Part shown: piece after piece, positions 9,876 through 17,777 of the stretch | Numbering within the stretch: position 1 is the stretch's first letter | How the letters are laid out: the number at the start of each line of letters is the position of its first letter | Assembly (NCBI GenBank): GCA_019428945.1 | Contig: JAHYJM010000001.1 | Span: 18,267 to 82,266 of the forward strand | Length of the DNA: 64,000 bases | Direction: 5' to 3' | From: Bacillota bacterium | Lineage (GTDB): Bacteria; Bacillota; Dethiobacteria; DTU022 | Position numbers and translations under genes: made by a program | The notes under the pieces: model-generated | What the model saw: only the letters and a program-made list of their open reading frames with translations | Database searches by the model: none | What the model was told of the DNA's origin: nothing

Positions 9876-11048
9876 TTGTTTAAATTTAAAAATGCCTGGA
9901 TTCTGATCTTGGTAATTGCTCTGTTTGCGTTTGGTCTTTTCGGTTGCGGCGACGATACTGCTGCTCCGGTCGATGAAACTCCTGAGGGAGACGCCGAAGG
10001 TGAATTTGAAGGACAGGTTTTATTTGGGATCATGGTTCCGATAACCGGCTCAGAAGCCGCTGATGGCATCGACATGGAAAATGCCGCTCTTCTGGCTGTT
10101 CAGGAAATTAATGCAGCCGGCGGCGTACTCGGCTACGAAATTATAACCAGCACTGGTGATGACGAGTGTGATCCTTCCAAGGCAACTGCTGCTGCCAGCA
10201 AATTAATTTCTGAAGAGGTTGTTGCAGTTGTCGGTGGATACTGTTCAGGAGCTACTCTACCTACACTGGCTCTTTACGGTGATGCAGGCATTCCCTTCGT
10301 TATTGGAGCTGCTAATGCTACTTCTCTAATTGATGAAAACCCGGGCTGGACCTTTATGATCAACAGCACCGGTGACGCACAGGCAGCCAAAGCTGTTGAA
10401 TGGTTTGAAGGCCTTGGCGTAGATACAATCGCCCTGGTTGATGATGGCTCTGCCTTCGCAGTTGATTTGAAAGAACAGACTAAAATGCAGTGGGAAGCTG
10501 CTGGCCACTCTGTTGTAGCTGAAGACAGGGTAGAAACCGGTACTCAGGACTTTTCGGCAGTAGTTACCAGCATTATGTCTGCAAACCCTGATGCTGTTTA
10601 CTGGACAGCATACCAGGGCCTGGGCGCTCTTTTGATCAGGCAGCTTCGTCAGGATGGTTATGAAGGCGTAATCATGGTTGGCGACGGCTCAAGCGCGCAA
10701 GAACTGCTCGACCTTGCCCAGGCTGAAGGAGAAGGCGTATACTGCACCGCTCCTCCGGTAGTTGACTTTTTACCTGCAGCTCAAAGCTTTATTGAGGGCT
10801 ACAACGAAAACTTCCCGAGAGAACCGGGTGCATATGCCGGCCTGATGTATGATGCTACTTACCTGCTGGTTAATGCGATTGAAAGAGCAGGATCTTTTGA
10901 CGGCGAAGCAATCAAAGACGCTCTTGCCGCAACAGACGGTTTTGAAGGTATTACCGGACCGATCGGTTTTACCCCGCAGAATACACTGAACAGAAGCAAC
11001 TTCGTTATTCTGGTCGGTGAAGGCGGAAGATGGCAACTGGCAGAATAA
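9876..11048 (+). CDS. Branched-chain amino acid (HAAT/Liv) ABC transporter substrate-binding lipoprotein
   Basis: Signal peptide with lipobox LFGC; PITG, INAAGGVLG, DDECDP, VVGGYCS, YDATY. Confidence 0.92.
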   Translation: MFKFKNAWILILVIALFAFGLFGCGDDTAAPVDETPEGDAEGEFEGQVLFGIMVPITGSEAADGIDMENAALLAVQEINAAGGVLGYEIITSTGDDECDPSKATAAASKLISEEVVAVVGGYCSGATLPTLALYGDAGIPFVIGAANATSLIDENPGWTFMINSTGDAQAAKAVEWFEGLGVDTIALVDDGSAFAVDLKEQTKMQWEAAGHSVVAEDRVETGTQDFSAVVTSIMSANPDAVYWTAYQGLGALLIRQLRQDGYEGVIMVGDGSSAQELLDLAQAEGEGVYCTAPPVVDFLPAAQSFIEGYNENFPREPGAYAGLMYDATYLLVNAIERAGSFDGEAIKDALAATDGFEGITGPIGFTPQNTLNRSNFVILVGEGGRWQLAE

Positions 11049-11069
11049 AAAAGATAGTATAAAACGGCT

Positions 11070-11097
11070 TGCAGGCCTGGTTAAAGCCAGGCCTGCA
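11070..11097 (+). other. Intra-operonic stem-loop after the binding-protein gene (mRNA stabiliser or partial terminator)
   Basis: TGCAGGCCTGG-ttaaag-CCAGGCCTGCA, no U-tract. Confidence 0.6.
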
Positions 11098-11117
11098 CAT
11101 GCTTGAGAGGTGAACAG

Positions 11118-12032
11118 ATGACTACCTGGGAGATTTTTTTGCAGCAGCTTTTTAATGGTTTGCTTGTCGGTTCTTTTTATGGACTAGTTGCTATCGGTTA
11201 TTCCATGGTCTACGGTATCATTAAGCTGCTGAACTTTGCCCATGCTGATATTTACATGAGCGGAGCTTTTGCCGGACTTATCATACTAGGTTTCTTAAAC
11301 CCCTATATCGGTAACCAGTGGCTCGGCATTATAGTTGCACTTTTATTAAGCATGATTTTAGTCGGATTGCTGGGGGTAGCAATTCAAAGAGTCGCTTACC
11401 GGCCTATGTTAAAAGCGCCGCGGCTATCAATACTCATTACTGCTTTAGCTGTATCAATGATCCTTTACAATACAGTTTTACTAATGACCCAGGGGCAGTA
11501 CAAACCATTTACAACAGGTTTGACTCATGAAAGCTTTTATATTGGGGCCCTGCGTATGACAGAAACGAGGCTGGTTCTGCTTATTGCCGCCCTTGCTCTT
11601 ATGTTGATGCTGCACCTGTTTATTACCAGAACCATGTATGGAAAAGCAATGCGCGCCATTGCACTTGACCGGGATACCTGCCAGTTGATGGGGATAAACG
11701 TATATAAAATTATAGCCATCACTTTTTTCGTCGGTTCTGCACTGGCTGCAGCAGCCGGTATCATGGCTGGCGTTTACTACGGAACGGTTCACTTTTTCAT
11801 GGGCTTTTTAATCGGCCTCAAAGCTTTTACAGCCGCAGTTATCGGGGGCATTGGGATCATACCCGGGGCCATGCTGGGTGGTCTGCTGCTCGGTCTGCTG
11901 GAAGCTTTCGGCACCCAGATACCTTTTATCGGTTCATCGTGGAGAGATGTGTTTACCTTTGTATTCCTGATTCTTTTCCTAATCTTTAAGCCTAACGGCC
12001 TTTTGGGACGTATGGAAAGCGAAAGGATGTAG
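11118..12032 (+). CDS. livH: Liv-type ABC transporter permease LivH
   Basis: QQLFNGL..GSFYGLVAIGYSMVYG..LNFAH, GKAMRA, LKAFTAAVIGGIG; ATG chosen from the GAGGTG RBS. Confidence 0.92.
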   Translation: MTTWEIFLQQLFNGLLVGSFYGLVAIGYSMVYGIIKLLNFAHADIYMSGAFAGLIILGFLNPYIGNQWLGIIVALLLSMILVGLLGVAIQRVAYRPMLKAPRLSILITALAVSMILYNTVLLMTQGQYKPFTTGLTHESFYIGALRMTETRLVLLIAALALMLMLHLFITRTMYGKAMRAIALDRDTCQLMGINVYKIIAITFFVGSALAAAAGIMAGVYYGTVHFFMGFLIGLKAFTAAVIGGIGIIPGAMLGGLLLGLLEAFGTQIPFIGSSWRDVFTFVFLILFLIFKPNGLLGRMESERM

Positions 12033-12036
12033 CGTT

Positions 12037-13038
12037 ATGGCTGAGAAAAAACAAAAAAAGTTCACTAATCCATTTGGCACTGTCGTAGAAAGTCTTTATG
12101 ATCTATTCGATAAGAAGGCTCCGCGTTACCTGCTTATGACCATAATGACAGCTTTCTTAATATATCTGCCGCTTAGTTCCAGCCGTTTTACGCAGGAGAT
12201 TATGACAAACCTGTTTTTTTATGTAGTAGTGTGCCTTGGCCTTAATATTATAGTTGGTTTTGCCGGCTTACTGCATTTGGGGTATGCTGCTTTTTTTGCT
12301 GTCGGAGCTTACACTACAGGAATCCTCAGTTCGGTATACGGGGTGAACTTCTGGCTAACTCTACCCTTCAGTATAATTGCGGCAGTAATTGCAGGTCTGG
12401 CGATCGGGGCTCCTACTCTCAGGTTACGCGGTGATTACCTGGCTATAGTAACACTTGGTTTTGGTGAAATAATCCGACTGACTGTCCGCAACCTGGATAT
12501 AACCGGTGGAGCAATGGGCCTAATCGGCATCCAGCGTCCGGTTTTGTTCGGTATAGTTTTAAACCAGATTACCCATTTTTATTATCTTTTTTTCATACTG
12601 GCTGTTATTGCCATTATTGTTTCTTATCGCCTGCACGATTCAAGGTTGGGAAGGGCATGGGAATATATCAGGGAAGATGAGGATGCTGCCTCGGCTATGG
12701 GCATCAACGTAGTCCAAATCAGGCTATACGCTTTTATTATCGGATCAGCTTTCGGAGCACTCGCCGGTTCTTTGTATGCCGCAAAGATGACAGCTATATC
12801 ACCGGAATCTTTCATGTTTATTCACTCGGTAATGATTCTACTGGCAGTAGTACTCGGCGGAATGGGCAAAATTCCGGGTGTTATCCTAGGTGCAATCATT
12901 GTAACCCTTATTCCCGAATTATCACGTGATATCGGACAATTCAGACTGATCATATTCGCAGTTCTACTATTAATTCTAATGCTTTACAGGCCTCAGGGTA
13001 TTTGGCCTGAAAGACAAGGTATATCAACTAAATTATAA
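12037..13038 (+). CDS. livM: Liv-type ABC transporter permease LivM
   Basis: LGLNIIVGFAGLLHLGYAAFF, RLRGDYLAIVTLGFGEI, IREDEDAA, VVLGGMG. Confidence 0.92.
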   Translation: MAEKKQKKFTNPFGTVVESLYDLFDKKAPRYLLMTIMTAFLIYLPLSSSRFTQEIMTNLFFYVVVCLGLNIIVGFAGLLHLGYAAFFAVGAYTTGILSSVYGVNFWLTLPFSIIAAVIAGLAIGAPTLRLRGDYLAIVTLGFGEIIRLTVRNLDITGGAMGLIGIQRPVLFGIVLNQITHFYYLFFILAVIAIIVSYRLHDSRLGRAWEYIREDEDAASAMGINVVQIRLYAFIIGSAFGALAGSLYAAKMTAISPESFMFIHSVMILLAVVLGGMGKIPGVILGAIIVTLIPELSRDIGQFRLIIFAVLLLILMLYRPQGIWPERQGISTKL

Positions 13039-13050
13039 TGGGGTGTTGCA

Positions 13051-13830
13051 GTGGCGCTACTTGATATTAAAGACCTGACCTTGCGTTTTGGCGGCCTCTG
13101 CGCCGTTAACCAACTTTCACTTGAAATTGAAGAGGGCTCTATCCGCAGTTTAATCGGCCCGAACGGTGCCGGTAAAACCTGTGTTTTTAACTGCCTGACC
13201 GGTTTTTATAAGCCGAGCAGCGGTGATATGGTATTCATGGGTACAAGTATTATGAAGAAAAAACCGCACCTGATCACCCACATGGGGATGGCACGTACTT
13301 TTCAAAATCTGCGGCTTTTTAAACAAATGACTGTAATGGAAAATGTAATGTCCGGAATGCACTGCAGAACCAACGCAGCCTTTGCAGGCGCTGTTTTGCG
13401 GACACAAAGCCAGAAAGCCGAAGAAAAACTTATTCGGGAAATCGCTGAAGAGTGCCTTGATTTCGTCGGTATCCTTGATAAAAAGAATTACATGGCCAAG
13501 AATCTTCCTTATGGCGATCAGCGCCGGGTAGAATGGGCCAGGGCGCTGGCCACACAGCCTAAACTTCTGCTCCTTGATGAACCGGCCGCCGGCCTGAATA
13601 AAGAAGAAAAGGCTCGCCTGATTAACCTAATGCGTAGAATCAGGGATGAAAGAAAAGTAACCATATTCCTGATTGAGCATGACATGGGCCTGGTTATGAA
13701 GGTTTCGGAAAAGATTTTTGTAATCGACTACGGGGTTAAAATTGCTGAAGGAACTTCCAAAGAAGTTAGAGACAATCCAAGGGTAGTAGAAGCATACCTT
13801 GGCAAGGAAGAAACGGAGGATGCCGTATGA
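13051..13830 (+). CDS. livG: Liv-type ABC transporter ATP-binding protein LivG
   Basis: GPNGAGKT, ARTFQN, LPYG, LLLLDEPAAG, IEHDM, VEAYLG. Confidence 0.92.
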   Translation: MALLDIKDLTLRFGGLCAVNQLSLEIEEGSIRSLIGPNGAGKTCVFNCLTGFYKPSSGDMVFMGTSIMKKKPHLITHMGMARTFQNLRLFKQMTVMENVMSGMHCRTNAAFAGAVLRTQSQKAEEKLIREIAEECLDFVGILDKKNYMAKNLPYGDQRRVEWARALATQPKLLLLDEPAAGLNKEEKARLINLMRRIRDERKVTIFLIEHDMGLVMKVSEKIFVIDYGVKIAEGTSKEVRDNPRVVEAYLGKEETEDAV

Positions 13831-14543
13831 GCGAAACAATACTAGCTTTAAAAGATCTTGAAACCAGGTATGGGCAAATTTACGCTCTGCGCGGCATCAA
13901 CTTTGAAGTTAAAAAGGGTGAAATTGTAACTCTGTTGGGTGCTAATGGTGCCGGGAAAAGCACGACCCTTAAAACAATTTCAAGCCTTGTTCCTGCCTCT
14001 GCCGGTAGCGTCAATTTTTTCAACGAAGATATTACTCACCTTGATCCTTATGCAATTGTTGAAAGAGGCCTGATCCATGTACCTGAAGGACGGATGATTT
14101 TTAAGGAATTAACTGTACTCGAAAACCTTGAGCTGGGCTCATTTACTCTTAGGGATAACGTTGAACGGAAAAAAAGAATCGACAGGGTATGCGAACTTTT
14201 TCCTGTATTAAAAGAGAGACATAAGCAGATGGGTGGTTTTCTCTCCGGGGGAGAACAGCAAATGCTTGCTATCGGAAGGGCCCTGATGACGGAACCGAAA
14301 ATACTGATGCTCGATGAACCTTCAATGGGACTAGCTCCGATTATTGTTCAGAACATCATGGATATTATCAAGCAGATCAACAGTGAGGGAACGACTATTT
14401 TATTGGTAGAACAAAATGCCAAAGTTGCCCTCAAGCTCGCTGACAGAGGTTACGTTTTAGAGACCGGAGAAATTGTCATGGAAGGCGATGCAGATGTTCT
14501 CAGCAAAGATGAAAGTATTGTAAAAGCTTACCTTGGCGAATAA
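13827..14543 (+). CDS. livF: Liv-type ABC transporter ATP-binding protein LivF
   Basis: GANGAGKST, HVPEGR, LSGGEQQMLAIGRAL, LDEPSMGLAP, VEQNA. Confidence 0.93.
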   Translation: MSETILALKDLETRYGQIYALRGINFEVKKGEIVTLLGANGAGKSTTLKTISSLVPASAGSVNFFNEDITHLDPYAIVERGLIHVPEGRMIFKELTVLENLELGSFTLRDNVERKKRIDRVCELFPVLKERHKQMGGFLSGGEQQMLAIGRALMTEPKILMLDEPSMGLAPIIVQNIMDIIKQINSEGTTILLVEQNAKVALKLADRGYVLETGEIVMEGDADVLSKDESIVKAYLGE

Positions 14544-15809
14544 ATGACTAATATTAGTTTCAATAAAACCGTTCTTTTAATTTGTATTACAATGATCTGC
14601 CTCTTGCTAAGCCACGGTTCAGCCTGCGCTGAAGATAACCCGGCTTTAGTTTCAGATAATGATGCTCCTGAAAAGACTGTGCTTTACTATTTTTGGGGAT
14701 ATTGTCCTGTTTGCAGTAAACCGGAAGAACATGTCCATCTTTTTGAAGATTACCCAATCACGGTAGAGATTTATGAAGTTTTTCACGACGAAGAAGGTCG
14801 GGCAATTTATGATCAATTCAGTGAAGACCTGGGTATTGAAGTATATGGCTTTCCGACCCTGGTTTTTAAAGATAAATATTGGCTCGGTTTTTCAGAGACA
14901 GTCCAGGTTGAAATTCTAACCGAAATAGAGGCCCACCTCAGTGGTGAAGATAGCGCTGCAGGTCAGATTATACAGATACCATTTTATGGCGAAGTTGATC
15001 TTCAGGCCTCTCCGTTACTTCTGACAACGGCTATCATAGCTACACTGGACGGTTTTAATCCCTGCTCTCTATTTGTTTTAACATTCCTGCTGGCAATAAT
15101 CGTTCATTCGGCATCACGTAAAAGGATTTTCCTGGTTGGTTTAACTTTTTTGGCAGTAACTTCTGCTGTTTACGGCCTTTTCATGCTGGGTGTTCTTAAT
15201 ATTATGCTCTTCGCAAGTCAGCTTTTCTGGATTCGCAACATAGTCTCGGCTGTTGTAATTTTACTGGGACTGGTGGGAATCAAAGATTTTCTGTTTTTCA
15301 AAGAAGGCGTTTCTTTCGTCATTCCCGATTCTTATAAAAAGAAATATTACAGCCAGGTTCGAAATATATTTTACACGAAGTCAGTAATACCGATGATTAT
15401 TGCCACGTCTGTGATGGCACTGGGAATTGCACTAATCGAGTTGCCCTGTACCGCTGGCTTTCCTTTTATCTGGAGCAGTATAGTCAGCACAAAAGATCTA
15501 CCCTTATCACAGTATGCCATCCTGTTTATAATCTATCTCTTTCTCTACCTTTTGATCGAACTAATTATTTTTTTTATTGCCGTCATCAGGATGCGATCAG
15601 TTAAAATGACTGAAGAGAGGGGACGGATACTTAAGCTCATTGCCGGCAGCCTGATGCTTGTATTAGGTTTGGTACTATTCTTCAGACCTGGTTATATGGA
15701 GAATCTTATTGGGATACTAATCACTTTCGGATCAGCTTTCATTTTGATTTTATTAATGTTCCTTTTTAAAAAGATTTTTTTAACTGACGTGGGGAGGCAG
15801 ACCAAATGA
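14544..15809 (+). CDS. Exported glutaredoxin/thioredoxin-like domain fused to a CcdA/DsbD-like membrane domain
   Basis: Signal peptide, CPVC plus GFPT cis-Pro loop; about 7 TM helices with DGFNPCS and ELPCTAG cysteines. Confidence 0.7.
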   Translation: MTNISFNKTVLLICITMICLLLSHGSACAEDNPALVSDNDAPEKTVLYYFWGYCPVCSKPEEHVHLFEDYPITVEIYEVFHDEEGRAIYDQFSEDLGIEVYGFPTLVFKDKYWLGFSETVQVEILTEIEAHLSGEDSAAGQIIQIPFYGEVDLQASPLLLTTAIIATLDGFNPCSLFVLTFLLAIIVHSASRKRIFLVGLTFLAVTSAVYGLFMLGVLNIMLFASQLFWIRNIVSAVVILLGLVGIKDFLFFKEGVSFVIPDSYKKKYYSQVRNIFYTKSVIPMIIATSVMALGIALIELPCTAGFPFIWSSIVSTKDLPLSQYAILFIIYLFLYLLIELIIFFIAVIRMRSVKMTEERGRILKLIAGSLMLVLGLVLFFRPGYMENLIGILITFGSAFILILLMFLFKKIFLTDVGRQTK

Positions 15810-16828
15810 ACTGGAAACCATCGGAAAATTGGATCACTTTAACCGCTATTGATGCTCACACAGGAGGGGAGCCTCTGAGAATATTTGCAGGTGATCATCC
15901 TAAAATACCAGGCGATACAATTCTTGAAAAACGAAAGTATGCCCTGAAAAATATCGACTACCTCAGAACAGCAACACTCTGGGAACCACGTGGACATGCT
16001 GACATGTATGGCTGTATAATTACCGAACCAGTAACTGACGATGGCCATTTTGGTGTTCTTTTTACTCACAATGAAGGTTACAGCAGCATGTGCGGCCATG
16101 GGATTATCGCCGTAACAAAAGTTGTGCTTGAAACAGAATTAATAAATATACCCTTTGATAGCAGGCAGGTAAATATTGACACTCCCGCAGGCAGGGTAAC
16201 CGCCTATCCTTCCTGGAAAGATGGCTCAGTAACCAGTGTCTCTTTTTTGAATGTGCCTTCTTTTATTTACGCTGCGGCTGAAGTTGTTAATGTACCGGGA
16301 TTGGGTAAAATAAATTATGATGTTGCGTTCGGAGGAGCTTTTTACGCATTTGTTGATGCTGAAGAAGCTGGGGTTGAACTGAATCCCGGTGGGTTCAGGA
16401 AGCTGATCGAAAGAGGAACATTGATAAAGAAGGCAATTATGAATGAGAGTGAGATTAAGCATCCCTTTGAAATTGATCTCGGATTCCTTTACGGTGTCAT
16501 TTTTGTAGGTAAATCTGAAAAAGCGTCAAATCACAGCCGTAATGTATGTGTTTTTGCTGATGGTGAAGTCGATCGAAGTCCTACCGGAACCGGAGTAAGC
16601 GCAAGAGCTGCAATTCACTTCAGCAGGGGTGAAATTACTTTAAACGAACCATTTGTGGTTGAAAGTATTCTGGGCACTACTTTTACAGGCGAAGTAGTTG
16701 AAAAAACAACTTTTGGCCACCATGATGCAGTAATACCGAAAATAACAGGCTCAGCTCATATATGCGGCATCAATAAGCTGGTTATAGATCCGGATGATCC
16801 TTTAAAACACGGTTTTATTCTCAGGTAA
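15806..16828 (+). CDS. Proline racemase superfamily enzyme, Cys/Thr type (probable trans-3-hydroxy-L-proline dehydratase)
   Basis: DAHTGGEPLR, EPRGHADMYG, SMCGH, and DRSPTGTG (Thr replaces the second catalytic Cys). Confidence 0.82.
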   Translation: MNWKPSENWITLTAIDAHTGGEPLRIFAGDHPKIPGDTILEKRKYALKNIDYLRTATLWEPRGHADMYGCIITEPVTDDGHFGVLFTHNEGYSSMCGHGIIAVTKVVLETELINIPFDSRQVNIDTPAGRVTAYPSWKDGSVTSVSFLNVPSFIYAAAEVVNVPGLGKINYDVAFGGAFYAFVDAEEAGVELNPGGFRKLIERGTLIKKAIMNESEIKHPFEIDLGFLYGVIFVGKSEKASNHSRNVCVFADGEVDRSPTGTGVSARAAIHFSRGEITLNEPFVVESILGTTFTGEVVEKTTFGHHDAVIPKITGSAHICGINKLVIDPDDPLKHGFILR

Positions 16829-17777
16829 TTTCACTGCCGGACCTGATCGGTATTCCAGTTAACAGGCTGTTCATGAACTCAGCCCGTTCTTTTACATGTT
16901 CCTCTGAGGGCGGCAGCAGGTCACGGCATCTGTAATCTAATCCGAGTAGTCGGTAAGTATCGCTGCCCAGCCGATGGTAAGGTAGCAGCTCGATCTCCTT
17001 GATTTTTTTCAGTTTAGTGCAAAAGCCGAGTGTGGCTGCCAGGTTTGAATCAGTATCATTATAACCGGGTATAAGAGGAATGCGAATAATTTCTCCAAAG
17101 TGGTAACTTGTTTGATCTGCTTTTATCAGGTTGTCAAGTGTAGTTTGGTTGCTCGCTCCCACCCACAGTGTGTGCATCTGGTTGTCCATATGCTTAAGGT
17201 CGGCATAAAGGTGGTCCAGCCAGGGCAGAACCGTGTCCAGGCTGCTGTAAGGTGTATAAAGGCTGCTTTCCAGAGCTGTGTGGATGCCATTTATTTTGCA
17301 TTTTTCAAGAAGAGCGGCACAGAAGTCAGGTTGGCAAAGCGGTTCTCCCCCGCTGAGTGTTATTCCTCCTCCGGAATGGAAGTAGAATATTTCATCCTTG
17401 CTGATTTCTTTCATTAAGTCGTCAACCGTCATAGTAAACCCGTATTTTTTAACCGCATTAGCCTGGCACACTTCAAAACATCGAAAACATCCTACACATT
17501 TATCCCTGTCAGTAATAACACCCAGGCCATCATCAGATAAAGTTATGGCATTTTCGGGGCAGGATTCAATACAGCGGCCGCAGGCTGTGCAAAGTCTCTG
17601 ATCATAGCCTTTCTCAAATTCAAAAGACTGTGACTCAGGCGTAGAACACCAGGGGCAGCTTAGCTGGCAGCCCTTTAAAAATATTACGGTTCTCAAACCC
17701 TGACCATCATGTATTGAAGATCTTTCGATCCTGATAATATTGCCTTTTAAATGTTTTTTCTTCAATGTGTCTTTCAT
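16821..17777 (-). CDS. Glycyl-radical enzyme activating enzyme (radical SAM with ferredoxin insert)
   Basis: HDGQGLRTVIFLKGCQLSCPWC, two CxxCxxCxxxC motifs, SGGEP, LLPYH; ATGA overlap with the upstream GRE. Confidence 0.95.
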   Translation of the reverse strand: MKDTLKKKHLKGNIIRIERSSIHDGQGLRTVIFLKGCQLSCPWCSTPESQSFEFEKGYDQRLCTACGRCIESCPENAITLSDDGLGVITDRDKCVGCFRCFEVCQANAVKKYGFTMTVDDLMKEISKDEIFYFHSGGGITLSGGEPLCQPDFCAALLEKCKINGIHTALESSLYTPYSSLDTVLPWLDHLYADLKHMDNQMHTLWVGASNQTTLDNLIKADQTSYHFGEIIRIPLIPGYNDTDSNLAATLGFCTKLKKIKEIELLPYHRLGSDTYRLLGLDYRCRDLLPPSEEHVKERAEFMNSLLTGIPIRSGSEIT

